From an uncultured Acidobacteriota bacterium (GTDB lineage: Bacteria > Acidobacteriota > Terriglobia > Terriglobales > Acidobacteriaceae), in assembly GCA_963735695.1 (NCBI GenBank), contig CAVTLV010000001.1:855458-919457 (forward strand): DNA of 64,000 nucleotides, read 5' to 3'. A program made the position numbers and the translations under genes. Positions 52,454 to 60,811 of the stretch are shown here, one piece after another. The notes under the pieces were generated by a model. That model made no database searches and was not told the DNA's origin. It worked only from the letters and a program-made list of their open reading frames with translations. Positions within the stretch are counted from its first letter, which is position 1; each line of letters begins with the position of its first letter.

Positions 52454-53167
52454 TTAACCGCTGGGCGTTTTGGCGGTGCTAACTGGGGAAGTATGTCCGG
52501 GAAGAACCACGGTGCCTGCACCGGGCTTAAGCTCCGCGAGGGCGTTTCTGATGGCTTCAGTCGTTTCCGCTATGGAAGACGGCCCTAGGACAGTTAATCC
52601 TGCGATATTCGCAATCTCGAGATAGGCGTTCCGGTTGCGGTGAACGAATTCCAGTGGATATTCGGGCTTGCGCGAAACGGCATTTTCGGGATCGGCATCC
52701 AGAAGGAAAGCCAAATCCGGTCTTGGAACGATTCGCAGGACCAGTCGCACGTAGAGTCGCACCGGCCAATGCTGAAGAGGTAGGTTCGCCAACTCGTCAT
52801 AAATGTAACGGTCAAAAATCACGAAATCGACATCTTTCGCGGCTTGTCTGGACACCACTGCGGACAATCGAAATGCGTCAAAAATGTAAAGAAGGAGCCG
52901 AAGCCAGACCATGTACCAGGAGGTCACATTCTTATCGCGGCGCGCAATAGGCTGATCAGGACTTCCGACGCCTCTTTCGCCTTTGAATAAACGGAGGGTT
53001 AGGTGTTCGCGATATCTTGAGAACGCAACGACATCGTCCCAAAACGTATATAGCGTGAAGCGGTGCCCACGGTCGTCCAAGCAGCGCAAAAGAGCGTCGA
53101 TCTGTGTGCTTTTCCCAGCTCCATCGATTCCGGAAAAGCTCAGAAGTTTGAACTTTTGTGATTTCAT
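52454..53167 (-). CDS. thymidylate kinase-like P-loop protein
   Basis: LSFSGIDGAGKSTQIDAL matches the GxDGxGKST P-loop typical of dTMP kinase-family proteins. Confidence 0.6.
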   Translation of the reverse strand: MKSQKFKLLSFSGIDGAGKSTQIDALLRCLDDRGHRFTLYTFWDDVVAFSRYREHLTLRLFKGERGVGSPDQPIARRDKNVTSWYMVWLRLLLYIFDAFRLSAVVSRQAAKDVDFVIFDRYIYDELANLPLQHWPVRLYVRLVLRIVPRPDLAFLLDADPENAVSRKPEYPLEFVHRNRNAYLEIANIAGLTVLGPSSIAETTEAIRNALAELKPGAGTVVLPGHTSPVSTAKTPSG

Positions 53168-53204
53168 TCGATGCGCTTCGTGGCTTCAAAACCGTGGCCG
53201 CGCG

Positions 53205-53717
53205 TTAGTGAGCACCAGGCGGTTTGCTAGGCGAAGCGGCGCTCAGGGCGATTACTGTTCCAATCGCTGCGCCAGCCCCCAGGATCGCACCGACTTTGAT
53301 GACCACGGTACGCACCCGCCGCTGCTTCGCTGGAGCGATCGCTGCTCCTGCCGGTTGGGCAGCGGTCACTCCAGTGACCCTTGGGCCCTCTGCGGCTGCG
53401 GTTCCGACCGGTCTTTGCAGCTTCTCATCCTGCTTGCCCGTCGCGGGCGAATCCTGCTTCTCCGTCGTTCGCGAGTCGGATTGCGAGCTGATCGATTGCG
53501 CTGGCGGACCCTGCTGGGGAACATTCTGTGATTTTGCCCACATTACTCCCGGGCTGTCGGGCAGTTCTTCCGAGGGTGCGGGCGCAATTGAACGATCGGG
53601 GCCGCTGGTTTGTGCCGAAGTGCCGGATGCGGCATTCTGCGCAACCATATTGGCAGGACAACTAAGAGCGAGCGCACAGAGTGCACTAAGAAGAAGACCT
53701 GGATGATGCGGTGGCAT
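53205..53717 (-). CDS. hypothetical low-complexity exported protein with C-terminal TM
   Basis: It has a signal peptide (LLLSALCALALSCPANMVA), a Ser/Pro/Gln-rich middle and the C-terminal segment VVIKVGAILGAGAAIGTVIAL. The + ORF 53224-53706 covers the same DNA, but its product has no such organisation. Confidence 0.45.
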   Translation of the reverse strand: MPPHHPGLLLSALCALALSCPANMVAQNAASGTSAQTSGPDRSIAPAPSEELPDSPGVMWAKSQNVPQQGPPAQSISSQSDSRTTEKQDSPATGKQDEKLQRPVGTAAAEGPRVTGVTAAQPAGAAIAPAKQRRVRTVVIKVGAILGAGAAIGTVIALSAASPSKPPGAH

Positions 53718-53765
53718 CTGAATCTCCTTTTTTGCAGGTTCAGTAGCGGAAACCCGCCAGTTAAT

Positions 53766-54173
53766 TTAACTCGCTTGCTTGAGCACACCGAGTTCGCTGA
53801 ACACGTCAGCGTACCAAGGAGTGTTCTGGGGCACTGCGTCGGCTGGAATAGCGTTGAAACTCCGCACAGCATCCTCACAGGTTTGAAATGTCTCAAATAC
53901 ACGAGCCACACGCATGAGTTCCAAAATCACCTCGGCCTCTGGAGAAAGAGAGGCGAGCTTCAAATCGCCGTCACGCTTCAACACCTCTTCGAGACAACGC
54001 AACAGCATCTCTACACCAGCGCTTTCCATCGAACGTACCTGCGAACAGTCGAGGACAATACGCGGACGATTGGACTCGAGCAGTGGTCCCAGTTCCTCCA
54101 TAAAATTACGGACTTCTTTTACGTTTAAAACCTCTGGCACTTGCATCACCACCACGGGCCCACTGGTCAGCAT
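53766..54173 (-). CDS. STAS-domain protein (anti-sigma-factor antagonist type)
   Basis: LNVKEVRNFMEELGPLLESNRPRIVLDCSQVRSMESAGVEMLLRCLEEVLKRDGDLKLASLSPEAEVILELM matches the SpoIIAA/RsbV pattern, including the conserved Ser position (ESAG). Confidence 0.75.
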   Translation of the reverse strand: MLTSGPVVVMQVPEVLNVKEVRNFMEELGPLLESNRPRIVLDCSQVRSMESAGVEMLLRCLEEVLKRDGDLKLASLSPEAEVILELMRVARVFETFQTCEDAVRSFNAIPADAVPQNTPWYADVFSELGVLKQAS

Positions 54174-54236
54174 CTCTAATACCCCTTTTTGTTTTAACTT
54201 TTTGTAACGTTCTTTTTTCAAGCCTTCCGGCCAAGT

Positions 54237-55235
54237 CTATTCGGCAGAGGAAAGTGCCATGGGGCTAGTCTCAATGCTCCCCCAGGATTCACGACGTACT
54301 CCGCCTACAGTGTTTTGCCGCATTACTACAGGATCAGTAATCTCAAGGTTTACGTTGTGCTGAAGGTTCAGCAGATTACTTCCCTCCACGATGGAATGAC
54401 AAAGATCTAGGCCGATACCGACGTAACTGTTTGGCAGAATCGTACTGTCTTCCACTGCGGTTCCGAAGTCCACACGAGAGTTGCTTTCCACATTGCTTCC
54501 TCGCGTGATGAGACACTCGTCTGAAATGTGGACGTCACGTCCGATGAAGGCCGGCGCCACCACTCGTGCGGAACGCTCGATCTGCGCACCGTCGCAGCTC
54601 CAGATCCCGGGCTTAATTTCCCAGCCTTGGGGACGGAGACGGCAACGCGAATAAAGGCTGTCGAGTACAAGTCGTCGGAATTCCCGCGCAGTCCGCAACT
54701 GATTTACGTATCCTTGTAAGCGATACATTGCCGGCCTCGCGCAGAGCAGAGTGGAAAGAGTCGCCACATGCTCCGGCAATCCCGAGGGGTCGACCATCCA
54801 GACGTCGAGCGGCGCATCGTCACTAAATGCGCGCGTAACGCCCTCGCCTTGTTCCTGGTGGAAGTTGAGCATTTCCGCAACATCAAATTCCACATAGGCG
54901 CCGCATCGTACGATCACGACTGTCCCGAACCCCTCTCGTTTGTAATTCGCAAAACGGTCAGCCGCGAGATCAGCTAGCGATGCTTGATCAGATGTTTTTG
55001 CATGGTGGTCTCGATCATTCGAGATCACAGATACGGCGTTGCAATTTTTCTTGAGGTCTTCGGCAAGTCTGGCGATTGGGGTCTTTCCCAGAACTTCCAT
55101 GCTGGCCCATGGCGCCCGGTACGAACTAAAGCGTGAAGGAGACTGTTTGTCCTCCGTCGCGCCGGTCTGATCGCCGATGATGATTGCCCCGACCACTGAT
55201 TTCATTCCTTTCCCGTAATGCTGCGCGAAGATCAA
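54237..55235 (-). CDS. nucleotidyltransferase-like N-domain plus left-handed beta-helix (hexapeptide) protein, N-terminal motif degenerate
   Basis: The C-terminal hexapeptide-like run is IGRDVHISDECLITRGSNVESNSRVDFGTAVEDSTILPNSYVGIGLDL. The N-terminus AIIIGDQTGATED stands where sugar-nucleotidyltransferases have GGxGTRL. Start is TTG 55235 or ATG 55205. Confidence 0.5.
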   Translation of the reverse strand: MIFAQHYGKGMKSVVGAIIIGDQTGATEDKQSPSRFSSYRAPWASMEVLGKTPIARLAEDLKKNCNAVSVISNDRDHHAKTSDQASLADLAADRFANYKREGFGTVVIVRCGAYVEFDVAEMLNFHQEQGEGVTRAFSDDAPLDVWMVDPSGLPEHVATLSTLLCARPAMYRLQGYVNQLRTAREFRRLVLDSLYSRCRLRPQGWEIKPGIWSCDGAQIERSARVVAPAFIGRDVHISDECLITRGSNVESNSRVDFGTAVEDSTILPNSYVGIGLDLCHSIVEGSNLLNLQHNVNLEITDPVVMRQNTVGGVRRESWGSIETSPMALSSAE

Positions 55236-55239
55236 AGTT

Positions 55240-55992
55240 TCAACGCGACTGTCTCGCTGACTTAACCACGGCGGCGAATTCCTCTCCGACGCTGGCGACG
55301 AGTTTCCGGCGGCGAATCTTCGTCTTGGGGAACAGAAGTGTGCGCATCTTCAGTTTCGCTTTGTGCAGTTGAGACTTCGAGTTCCCGATCGAGCAATCGA
55401 GGAGTTGGGCAATTTCATGGTGCTGGTAGCCTTCAACTTCGTGCAGTGCGAAAATGCGGCGGCAGCCTTCCGGCAATTCCTGAAGGGCCCGGCGTAACGC
55501 GATGCGATCAACCACACCGCTCAAGTCGGGGTCATTCTTTCCGAAATCGCGATGCAGTGATGGAGACTCGGAATGTACCGGCTCATCCAGAGATACCGTC
55601 GGCGGCGATTTGCGGCGGCGCAGTTTCATCAAAACGGTATTGACCGCAACGCGATACAACCAAGTCGAGAACGCCGCATCTCCCCGGAACGATCCGACTG
55701 TGCGAAAAACCTGCAGAAAAGCTTCCTGGGTCAGATCCTCGGCTTCCGCTACATCTTTGGTCATCAAAAGGCAAACCGAATAGACCCGGTTCTTGTGTTG
55801 CTGAAAGAGCGTGGCAAATGCCTGTTCGTCGCCTGCCTGCGCACGCTTTACCAGATTGATCTGGGAGTCGTCACGGCCTTTGGCGCTGGTCGAGGGGATC
55901 ACATTCGCTTCTGTAGCGGAAATCGCACAAGTTGCCACGTTTGGCCTCCTTACACCTGCATGGAATTTGTCCGCACCAAACCCCGCGAACAT
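55240..55992 (-). CDS. ECF-type sigma-70 family factor
   Basis: Region 2 reads EDLTQEAFLQVFRTVGSFRGDAAFSTWLYRVAVNTVLMKLRRR. Region 4 reads LPEGCRRIFALHEVEGYQHHEIAQLLDCSIGNSKSQLHKAKLKM. The start is set at ATG 55992 because the longer ORF (56145) would run through the terminator at 56097-56131. Confidence 0.8.
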   Translation of the reverse strand: MFAGFGADKFHAGVRRPNVATCAISATEANVIPSTSAKGRDDSQINLVKRAQAGDEQAFATLFQQHKNRVYSVCLLMTKDVAEAEDLTQEAFLQVFRTVGSFRGDAAFSTWLYRVAVNTVLMKLRRRKSPPTVSLDEPVHSESPSLHRDFGKNDPDLSGVVDRIALRRALQELPEGCRRIFALHEVEGYQHHEIAQLLDCSIGNSKSQLHKAKLKMRTLLFPKTKIRRRKLVASVGEEFAAVVKSARQSR

Positions 55993-56096
55993 GGTCTGAG
56001 AGTAGGGAATGAGGCCTTTCCCTTGTATCGGGTCACATCTGTAAAGGGTTGCCGGAGAGTCTGTAAGGCTATCGATTTTTTGGCGAACCCTGATCG

Positions 56097-56131
56097 GCAA
56101 AATAAGAAAAAATCCGCGCGAGGCGCGGATT
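56097..56131 (-). terminator. rho-independent terminator after the TonB-family gene
   Basis: Perfect 9-bp stem AATCCGCGC / GCGCGGATT with a 3-nt loop. On the minus strand it is followed by TTTTTTCTTATTTT. It lies about 50 nt after the stop at 56183. Confidence 0.8.
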
Positions 56132-56182
56132 GTGGAACAAAACATTCAGTTGTAGGGCAACAAACGGATTGACAATCGAGGC

Positions 56183-57139
56183 TCAATACAAGTGGAATTC
56201 CACCTCAACGCTAATCTGTACATCAACCGGGCTTCCGTCTTTAAGCGCCGGTTGAAACCGCCATTGCTTCACAGCTTCGAGAGCTTTGGCATCGAGCCCG
56301 AATCCCAGACCGCGAATGACCCGAATGTCACGTGGATGTCCTGCTGAGTCGACGATTAACCACAAGACACATGTTCCCTGCTTTTTCGCTCTTCGAGCTT
56401 CTTCGGTGTAGTCAGGGTCCGGGGCCGAAACCGCGGTAGGAGCGGAAATCCCTCCGCCTACTTTGTAAACTCCACCGCCGAAACCACCGCCACTACCGGC
56501 GCCCACACCCGGTCCGTGGCCAACTCCAACACCGCCTCCAGAACCAGAGCCAATTCCGCCTCCAGAACCTGTGCCATTAGATGGCGGCGCGGCAGGCATT
56601 GCCGGCGCGGCAGCAGGAACTCCGAGATTCGGCATGCGGTTTTCCGCCAGGTGCACTTGCGGTGGCGCCACCACTGTCGGTTGCACAGCCAGTTTGGGTT
56701 TCTCATTGCGTATCACGATCGCGGGTGGAGTGATTTGTTGCAACGCCGCCTTGGGAGCCCGCCCTTTCGGAGCAGGAATGGGATCGCGATCACCACCACC
56801 GCCCCCTCCGCTGATTACTTTCTTGGCGACAGGCAAGGCGTAAGATTCAGGAGAAGGCGCAATCAGCGTTACGGTCTGACGCGTTTCTCGCTGCGTAATC
56901 TGATGACTCACAAACACGCCACTCAGGAGCAATCCAATGAGCACCACGTGCACGATAGCGGACACCGTCACGCCACTTGCTCGATAATTGTTGTACTGGC
57001 CCCAGATTTGATCGGGCGGACGCGAGGCCCTCAGGGCCGGGCCTGCTGGCCCGGTGGGATAGCGCCGGTTAGTCAAAGGTCTCGCCGGCACCCGCAACCA
57101 TTGTTCGCTGTTATAGGCAGAATTGTGATGACTCGACAT
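56183..57139 (-). CDS. TonB-family energy transducer
   Basis: It has an N-terminal TM (VSAIVHVVLIGLLLSGVFV), a Pro- then Gly-rich linker, and the C-terminal TonB domain PDPDYTEEARRAKKQGTCVLWLIVDSAGHPRDIRVIRGLGFGLDAKALEAVKQWRFQPA. Confidence 0.85.
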   Translation of the reverse strand: MSSHHNSAYNSEQWLRVPARPLTNRRYPTGPAGPALRASRPPDQIWGQYNNYRASGVTVSAIVHVVLIGLLLSGVFVSHQITQRETRQTVTLIAPSPESYALPVAKKVISGGGGGGDRDPIPAPKGRAPKAALQQITPPAIVIRNEKPKLAVQPTVVAPPQVHLAENRMPNLGVPAAAPAMPAAPPSNGTGSGGGIGSGSGGGVGVGHGPGVGAGSGGGFGGGVYKVGGGISAPTAVSAPDPDYTEEARRAKKQGTCVLWLIVDSAGHPRDIRVIRGLGFGLDAKALEAVKQWRFQPALKDGSPVDVQISVEVEFHLY

Positions 57140-57244
57140 GATTGCTCCTCAATACATACACCAACGCAGGTTTCGAATAGATGCGTTTAGAAGCGGACGG
57201 GTTGAAGCCGATAGAGGATGTAGCTGTTGATTTCTCTCCGTTGT

Positions 57245-57280
57245 ACCAAACAAAATGGCGGGATATGAGCCTCCCGCCAT
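57245..57280 (-). terminator. rho-independent terminator after the DUF3309 gene
   Basis: 9-bp stem ATGGCGGGA / TCCCGCCAT with an 8-nt loop, followed on the minus strand by TTTGTTTGGT. Confidence 0.6.
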
Positions 57281-57328
57281 GTGTTTTCAGCCAGCTCTTA
57301 ATTTTTGCCAAACTTGTCCCACCCACCG

Positions 57329-57481
57329 TCACAAACGACCAGCGAGAAAAAGAACAATGACCACGATAACGATTAGACCCAATCCTCCGCTTGGGTAATA
57401 TCCCCAGGATCGACTGTAAGGCCACGTGGGCAATGCACCAAGCAGCAAGAGAATCAGGACCACAAGAAGGACTGTGTACAT
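57329..57481 (-). CDS. DUF3309-family small membrane protein (50 aa)
   Basis: Hand translation gives MYTVLLVVLILLLLGALPTWPYSRSWGYYPSGGLGLIVIVVIVLFLAGRL, containing the family signature WPYSR.WGY.PSGGLG. A GGAGGTGAA RBS sits directly upstream. It is below the ORF-track cutoff. Confidence 0.8.
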   Translation of the reverse strand: MYTVLLVVLILLLLGALPTWPYSRSWGYYPSGGLGLIVIVVIVLFLAGRL

Positions 57482-57576
57482 TTCACCTCCAGGTTTTAAG
57501 GCTCGCGCAAGTTAATCCTTTTTGACCGGCTCACGGTCAATCGCTGAGCCGTTCAGTTTCTGCTTAAAACGCACCG

Positions 57577-58335
57577 CTACTTCGCAGCTGTTTCGCTTGC
57601 GCCCCCAGTTTCCATGCGGCCTGATTCCCGGCTCTCCTCCGAGTACTTCTTCACCGCCGTCAGGAAGGGTTGGGCGACAGCTGGGGGCTGCACTTTTCCA
57701 CTCAGAATGTCGGAAAAGGGAACGAACTTGCCGTACAAGAGATGAGTCTCGTCTCTATCCTGAGTAACCGCAGCGCCGTTGAGATCGATTCCCGCAAACA
57801 GACCGCGTGCGCGCGAATACGTCAGCACCTCGGCTCTCATCTTGATGTCCGTATCGGCTCCCGTATCACGGCCGACCGGACCTGCTGCTGCGGATGCATC
57901 GGCACCCAGCTTGAATTTGCTGGAGAGTAGGTGTTCCATCCCGTGCTCGTTCGTCACCACCATAACTAAATCAACCGCTTGGCCTCCCAGCTGCAAACCC
58001 CAACTGCCGCCAGTGATCGTCATCGGCGCCGGGGCGCTCCATCCGTTTTCCGTACGACAGGTGGCTACACCTTTGCCATGACTCCCGCCAAAACCGATAG
58101 CAATTTTCACCATCGACGGAATTACTGCAATGCACTTCGCATTTTTCATCACTTTGTCGGGAATGGCCTTGTCCTTGACGGCCATGATCTCGTCCAGAAC
58201 TTTAGCCGAGGAGTCGATTCGCTTAGCAATGTCGGATTGTTCCTTGTCGTCGGCGGACCAACTCACACCGGCCAGGAGGGAACAGATACCCAGCACCAAC
58301 AGAAATTTCGACACTGTGGAAGAAACTCGTCTCAT
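57577..58335 (-). CDS. SYLF (Ysc84/DUF500) lipid-binding domain protein, exported
   Basis: A signal peptide is followed by AKCIAVIPSMVKIAIGFGGSHGKGVATCR...GGSWGLQLGGQAVDLVMVV...FKLGADASAAAGPVGRD...VLTYSRARGLFAGIDLNGA. Confidence 0.8.
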   Translation of the reverse strand: MRRVSSTVSKFLLVLGICSLLAGVSWSADDKEQSDIAKRIDSSAKVLDEIMAVKDKAIPDKVMKNAKCIAVIPSMVKIAIGFGGSHGKGVATCRTENGWSAPAPMTITGGSWGLQLGGQAVDLVMVVTNEHGMEHLLSSKFKLGADASAAAGPVGRDTGADTDIKMRAEVLTYSRARGLFAGIDLNGAAVTQDRDETHLLYGKFVPFSDILSGKVQPPAVAQPFLTAVKKYSEESRESGRMETGGASETAAK

Positions 58336-58729
58336 TGTTGACCTCGTTCTGTGCTCCCCACGAGCACCTGCTATTAGAACTGCGAGGCTAAGCTATCCCG
58401 TGGCCGAACAAGGTTCTATCCGGGGGAGGCAGTAAAGACGGTCAGAAGTTTCCGCAGAAGAACACCTCAGATAGACTTGCTGAACCGGGGGCGGAGTACA
58501 GGTTTCACCCTATTGTGGGTATTACGCCGCCGAAATAGTCTGCAATCTCTACTCGACACAACGCCCCCCAAGCGGGTGCCGGTCCTCTGGGACGGACCGG
58601 CACCTGCTCCTTCCAGAGGTTGACTCTAGACCTACAGCCCGCGAACCGACTGAATACGGTGTTACGCGGATGGAGTCACAACAGCGAACTCTTTATGCTC
58701 GGTCCGAAGTCCTACACGGAGGCGAAAAT

Positions 58730-58897
58730 ATGCTTTATTGGGCTTTGGTGTTCCTGGTTATCGCGCTGATAGCAGGAGTCTTAGGCTTCGCTGGAGTGGC
58801 AGTCGCTTCAGCGGGCATCGCGAAGGTGCTATTTATCATCTTCCTGGTGCTGTTCTTGCTTTCGCTGATCTCGCATTTAGCCAGAGGACGCGTTTAG
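58730..58897 (+). CDS. DUF1328 (UPF0391, YtjA-like) small membrane protein
   Basis: The sequence is [59 protein letters not shown] precedes ATG 58730. Confidence 0.8.
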   Translation: MLYWALVFLVIALIAGVLGFAGVAVASAGIAKVLFIIFLVLFLLSLISHLARGRV

Positions 58898-58917
58898 AAT
58901 CTTGGTAGATGACCACG

Positions 58918-58946
58918 GGGCGGCGCTAAAAGCCGCCCGGTATTTT
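58918..58946 (+). terminator. rho-independent terminator after the DUF1328 gene
   Basis: 7-bp GC stem GGGCGGC / GCCGCCC with a 7-nt loop, followed by GGTATTTTC. Confidence 0.6.
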
Positions 58947-59149
58947 CATTCGGGCAAATGAAATCAGTTCGAATACCCAGAGTGCCCATTTGAACTGACC
59001 CGGCGGACCTCGGACTCTCGCAAAACATATTCGATCAAGTAATCCAGCATTGGGACTAAACGAAGTTGTGGCTTTGGGACTTCAAGTCGCTTGGCTTCTG
59101 ATATTGGGCGTTCCGAACGGGGAACGGCAGAGCGGCGTAGCCCTGCAAT

Positions 59150-60811
59150 CTAAGCAGAGACGGCAACGCCAAGTGAATCTTGGCGAACGGCAGGAATAAT
59201 CACTTCAACGATAGTGCCGGGATTGGCGTTCGCTAGACGCAGACTGCCTCCGAGTTCAGTCACGCGCTGTCGCATTCCCCCGATACCCACACCGACGCTT
59301 TCTGGTCGTAACTGAATCACCTGCTCCTCTACTCCTTTCCCGTCGTCACGAACCGTCACGACTATAGTCCCGTCCTTTCGGATCAGGGTCACGCTTCCGT
59401 TGCGGGCTCCGGAGTGACGGAACATGTTTGTGAGCGCCTCTTGGACAATGCGGAAAATCGCAGTTTCCAGTTCCGACCTGAGACGGCCGAGATCCGGCGG
59501 GTCGACTTCTAGCACCGTGCGGATGCCGCTGCGTTCCGATAGACCCTCCAGAAACCACCGAAGCGCGGATACTAGCCCGACTTCGTCGAGCAATGGCGGA
59601 TGCAACAGGTGAGAAATGGTGCGAACCTGCTGGATCGCTTGGTCGATCAACTGACTCGCTTCCACTGAAGCCTGCCGCATTGAGGGTGAAGAATCCCTGG
59701 CCAGAATGCCATCCAGAATCATCTTTGCAGCGGCGAGTTCCTGACCGAGGCCGTCGTGAATTTCGCGTGCGATCCGCCGCCGCTCCTCGTCTTGCATCGT
59801 CATCATACGATTCGAGAGACGTCTGAGCGCGGCGGTCCTGCTCTCGACCATTCTTTCCAGTTCAATCGCGCTTTCACGAATCGATTGTTCCAGCAGTTTG
59901 CTATCGTGAATGTCAGAACAGGTCCCGTACCACTTCACAACGGCTCCGTGGGAATCACGGAGAGGCACCGCTCGGGAACGAAACCAGCGATACTGTGAGT
60001 CGGCCCCGCGTAGCCGGTAGTCGCAGTCATATACATCCCCGGACTGCACGCAATGTAGCCACTTTTGGTGACTCTCTTCGCTGTCGTCGGGATGTACGTA
60101 GTCCAGCCAACCGAAGCCCTTCCCCGTCTCAGGTGGGGCTCCGGTGTATTCGTAAAAGCGACCGCTGATGTAATCTCGGCTACCGTCAGGATTCCGGCTG
60201 AAGATAATGTCGGGAGCAGTCTGCACAATGGCGTCCAGTTCCTGATTCCGCTGTGCCAGCTCTCTATTTAGTTTGTGCAACGCGACGGCTTTTTGCTGCA
60301 GCTCCGCAGTGCGTTCGGCAACCCGTTGTTCGAGCTGGCTGTTAAGCCGCTCGAGTTGTCGGTTCTTGCGGTGTAACTCGGTGAAGACCTTCACCTTCGC
60401 GCGCAGAACTTCCGGAACGATGGGCACGGAAAGATAGTCGACTGCTCCATGCTGGTAGCCTTTGAGGCGATCAAGATCAGTGAGGTGCACGGCTGAGATG
60501 AAGATGATTGCCGTCTTTTGGAAGCGCGGATGCTGACGGATGATCTCGGCGAGCTCAAAACCATCGATCTCAGGCATGCTCACGTCCATCAGCACAACTG
60601 CCACGTCCGTCTTGAGTAGTTTTTCGAGGGCTTCTTTGGCAGACGAGGCCTTGATGAGATTCTCCCCCAGGTCGGAGAGGATCGCCTCATAGGTCAACAA
60701 CTTACCCGGCTGGTCATCGACCATCAGGATATTCACGCGATCGTCGGTCAGGGTCTCGGACGGCTCGCGAATCGGATTTGATCTAATTTCTGCGCTCGAA
60801 CCTATACTCAT
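59150..60811 (-). CDS. hybrid sensor: REC + coiled coil + PAS + HisKA_3/HATPase_c histidine kinase
   Basis: The receiver reads VNILMVDDQPG...VVLMDVSMPEIDGFE. A PAS-like segment is present (WLHCVQSGDVYDCDYRLRG). The HisKA_3 H-box reads RRRIAREIHDGLGQELAAAK. The ATPase blocks are N (EALTNMFRHSGA) and G (VGIGGMRQRVTELGGSL). ATG 60811 overlaps the upstream TGA as ATGA. Confidence 0.85.
   Translation of the reverse strand: MSIGSSAEIRSNPIREPSETLTDDRVNILMVDDQPGKLLTYEAILSDLGENLIKASSAKEALEKLLKTDVAVVLMDVSMPEIDGFELAEIIRQHPRFQKTAIIFISAVHLTDLDRLKGYQHGAVDYLSVPIVPEVLRAKVKVFTELHRKNRQLERLNSQLEQRVAERTAELQQKAVALHKLNRELAQRNQELDAIVQTAPDIIFSRNPDGSRDYISGRFYEYTGAPPETGKGFGWLDYVHPDDSEESHQKWLHCVQSGDVYDCDYRLRGADSQYRWFRSRAVPLRDSHGAVVKWYGTCSDIHDSKLLEQSIRESAIELERMVESRTAALRRLSNRMMTMQDEERRRIAREIHDGLGQELAAAKMILDGILARDSSPSMRQASVEASQLIDQAIQQVRTISHLLHPPLLDEVGLVSALRWFLEGLSERSGIRTVLEVDPPDLGRLRSELETAIFRIVQEALTNMFRHSGARNGSVTLIRKDGTIVVTVRDDGKGVEEQVIQLRPESVGVGIGGMRQRVTELGGSLRLANANPGTIVEVIIPAVRQDSLGVAVSA

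Noticed and set aside
53224-53706. + strand 160-aa ORF competing with the minus-strand 53205-53717 gene
   Set aside because: The minus-strand product has a signal peptide and a C-terminal TM and fits the operon direction. The + product is an Ala/Pro/Cys-rich shadow. Confidence in either remains modest.
55993-56145. ATG 56145 as the start of the second ECF sigma gene
   Set aside because: That ORF would read straight through a strong rho-independent terminator (56097-56131) belonging to the TonB-family gene. ATG 55992 gives a normal-length sigma.
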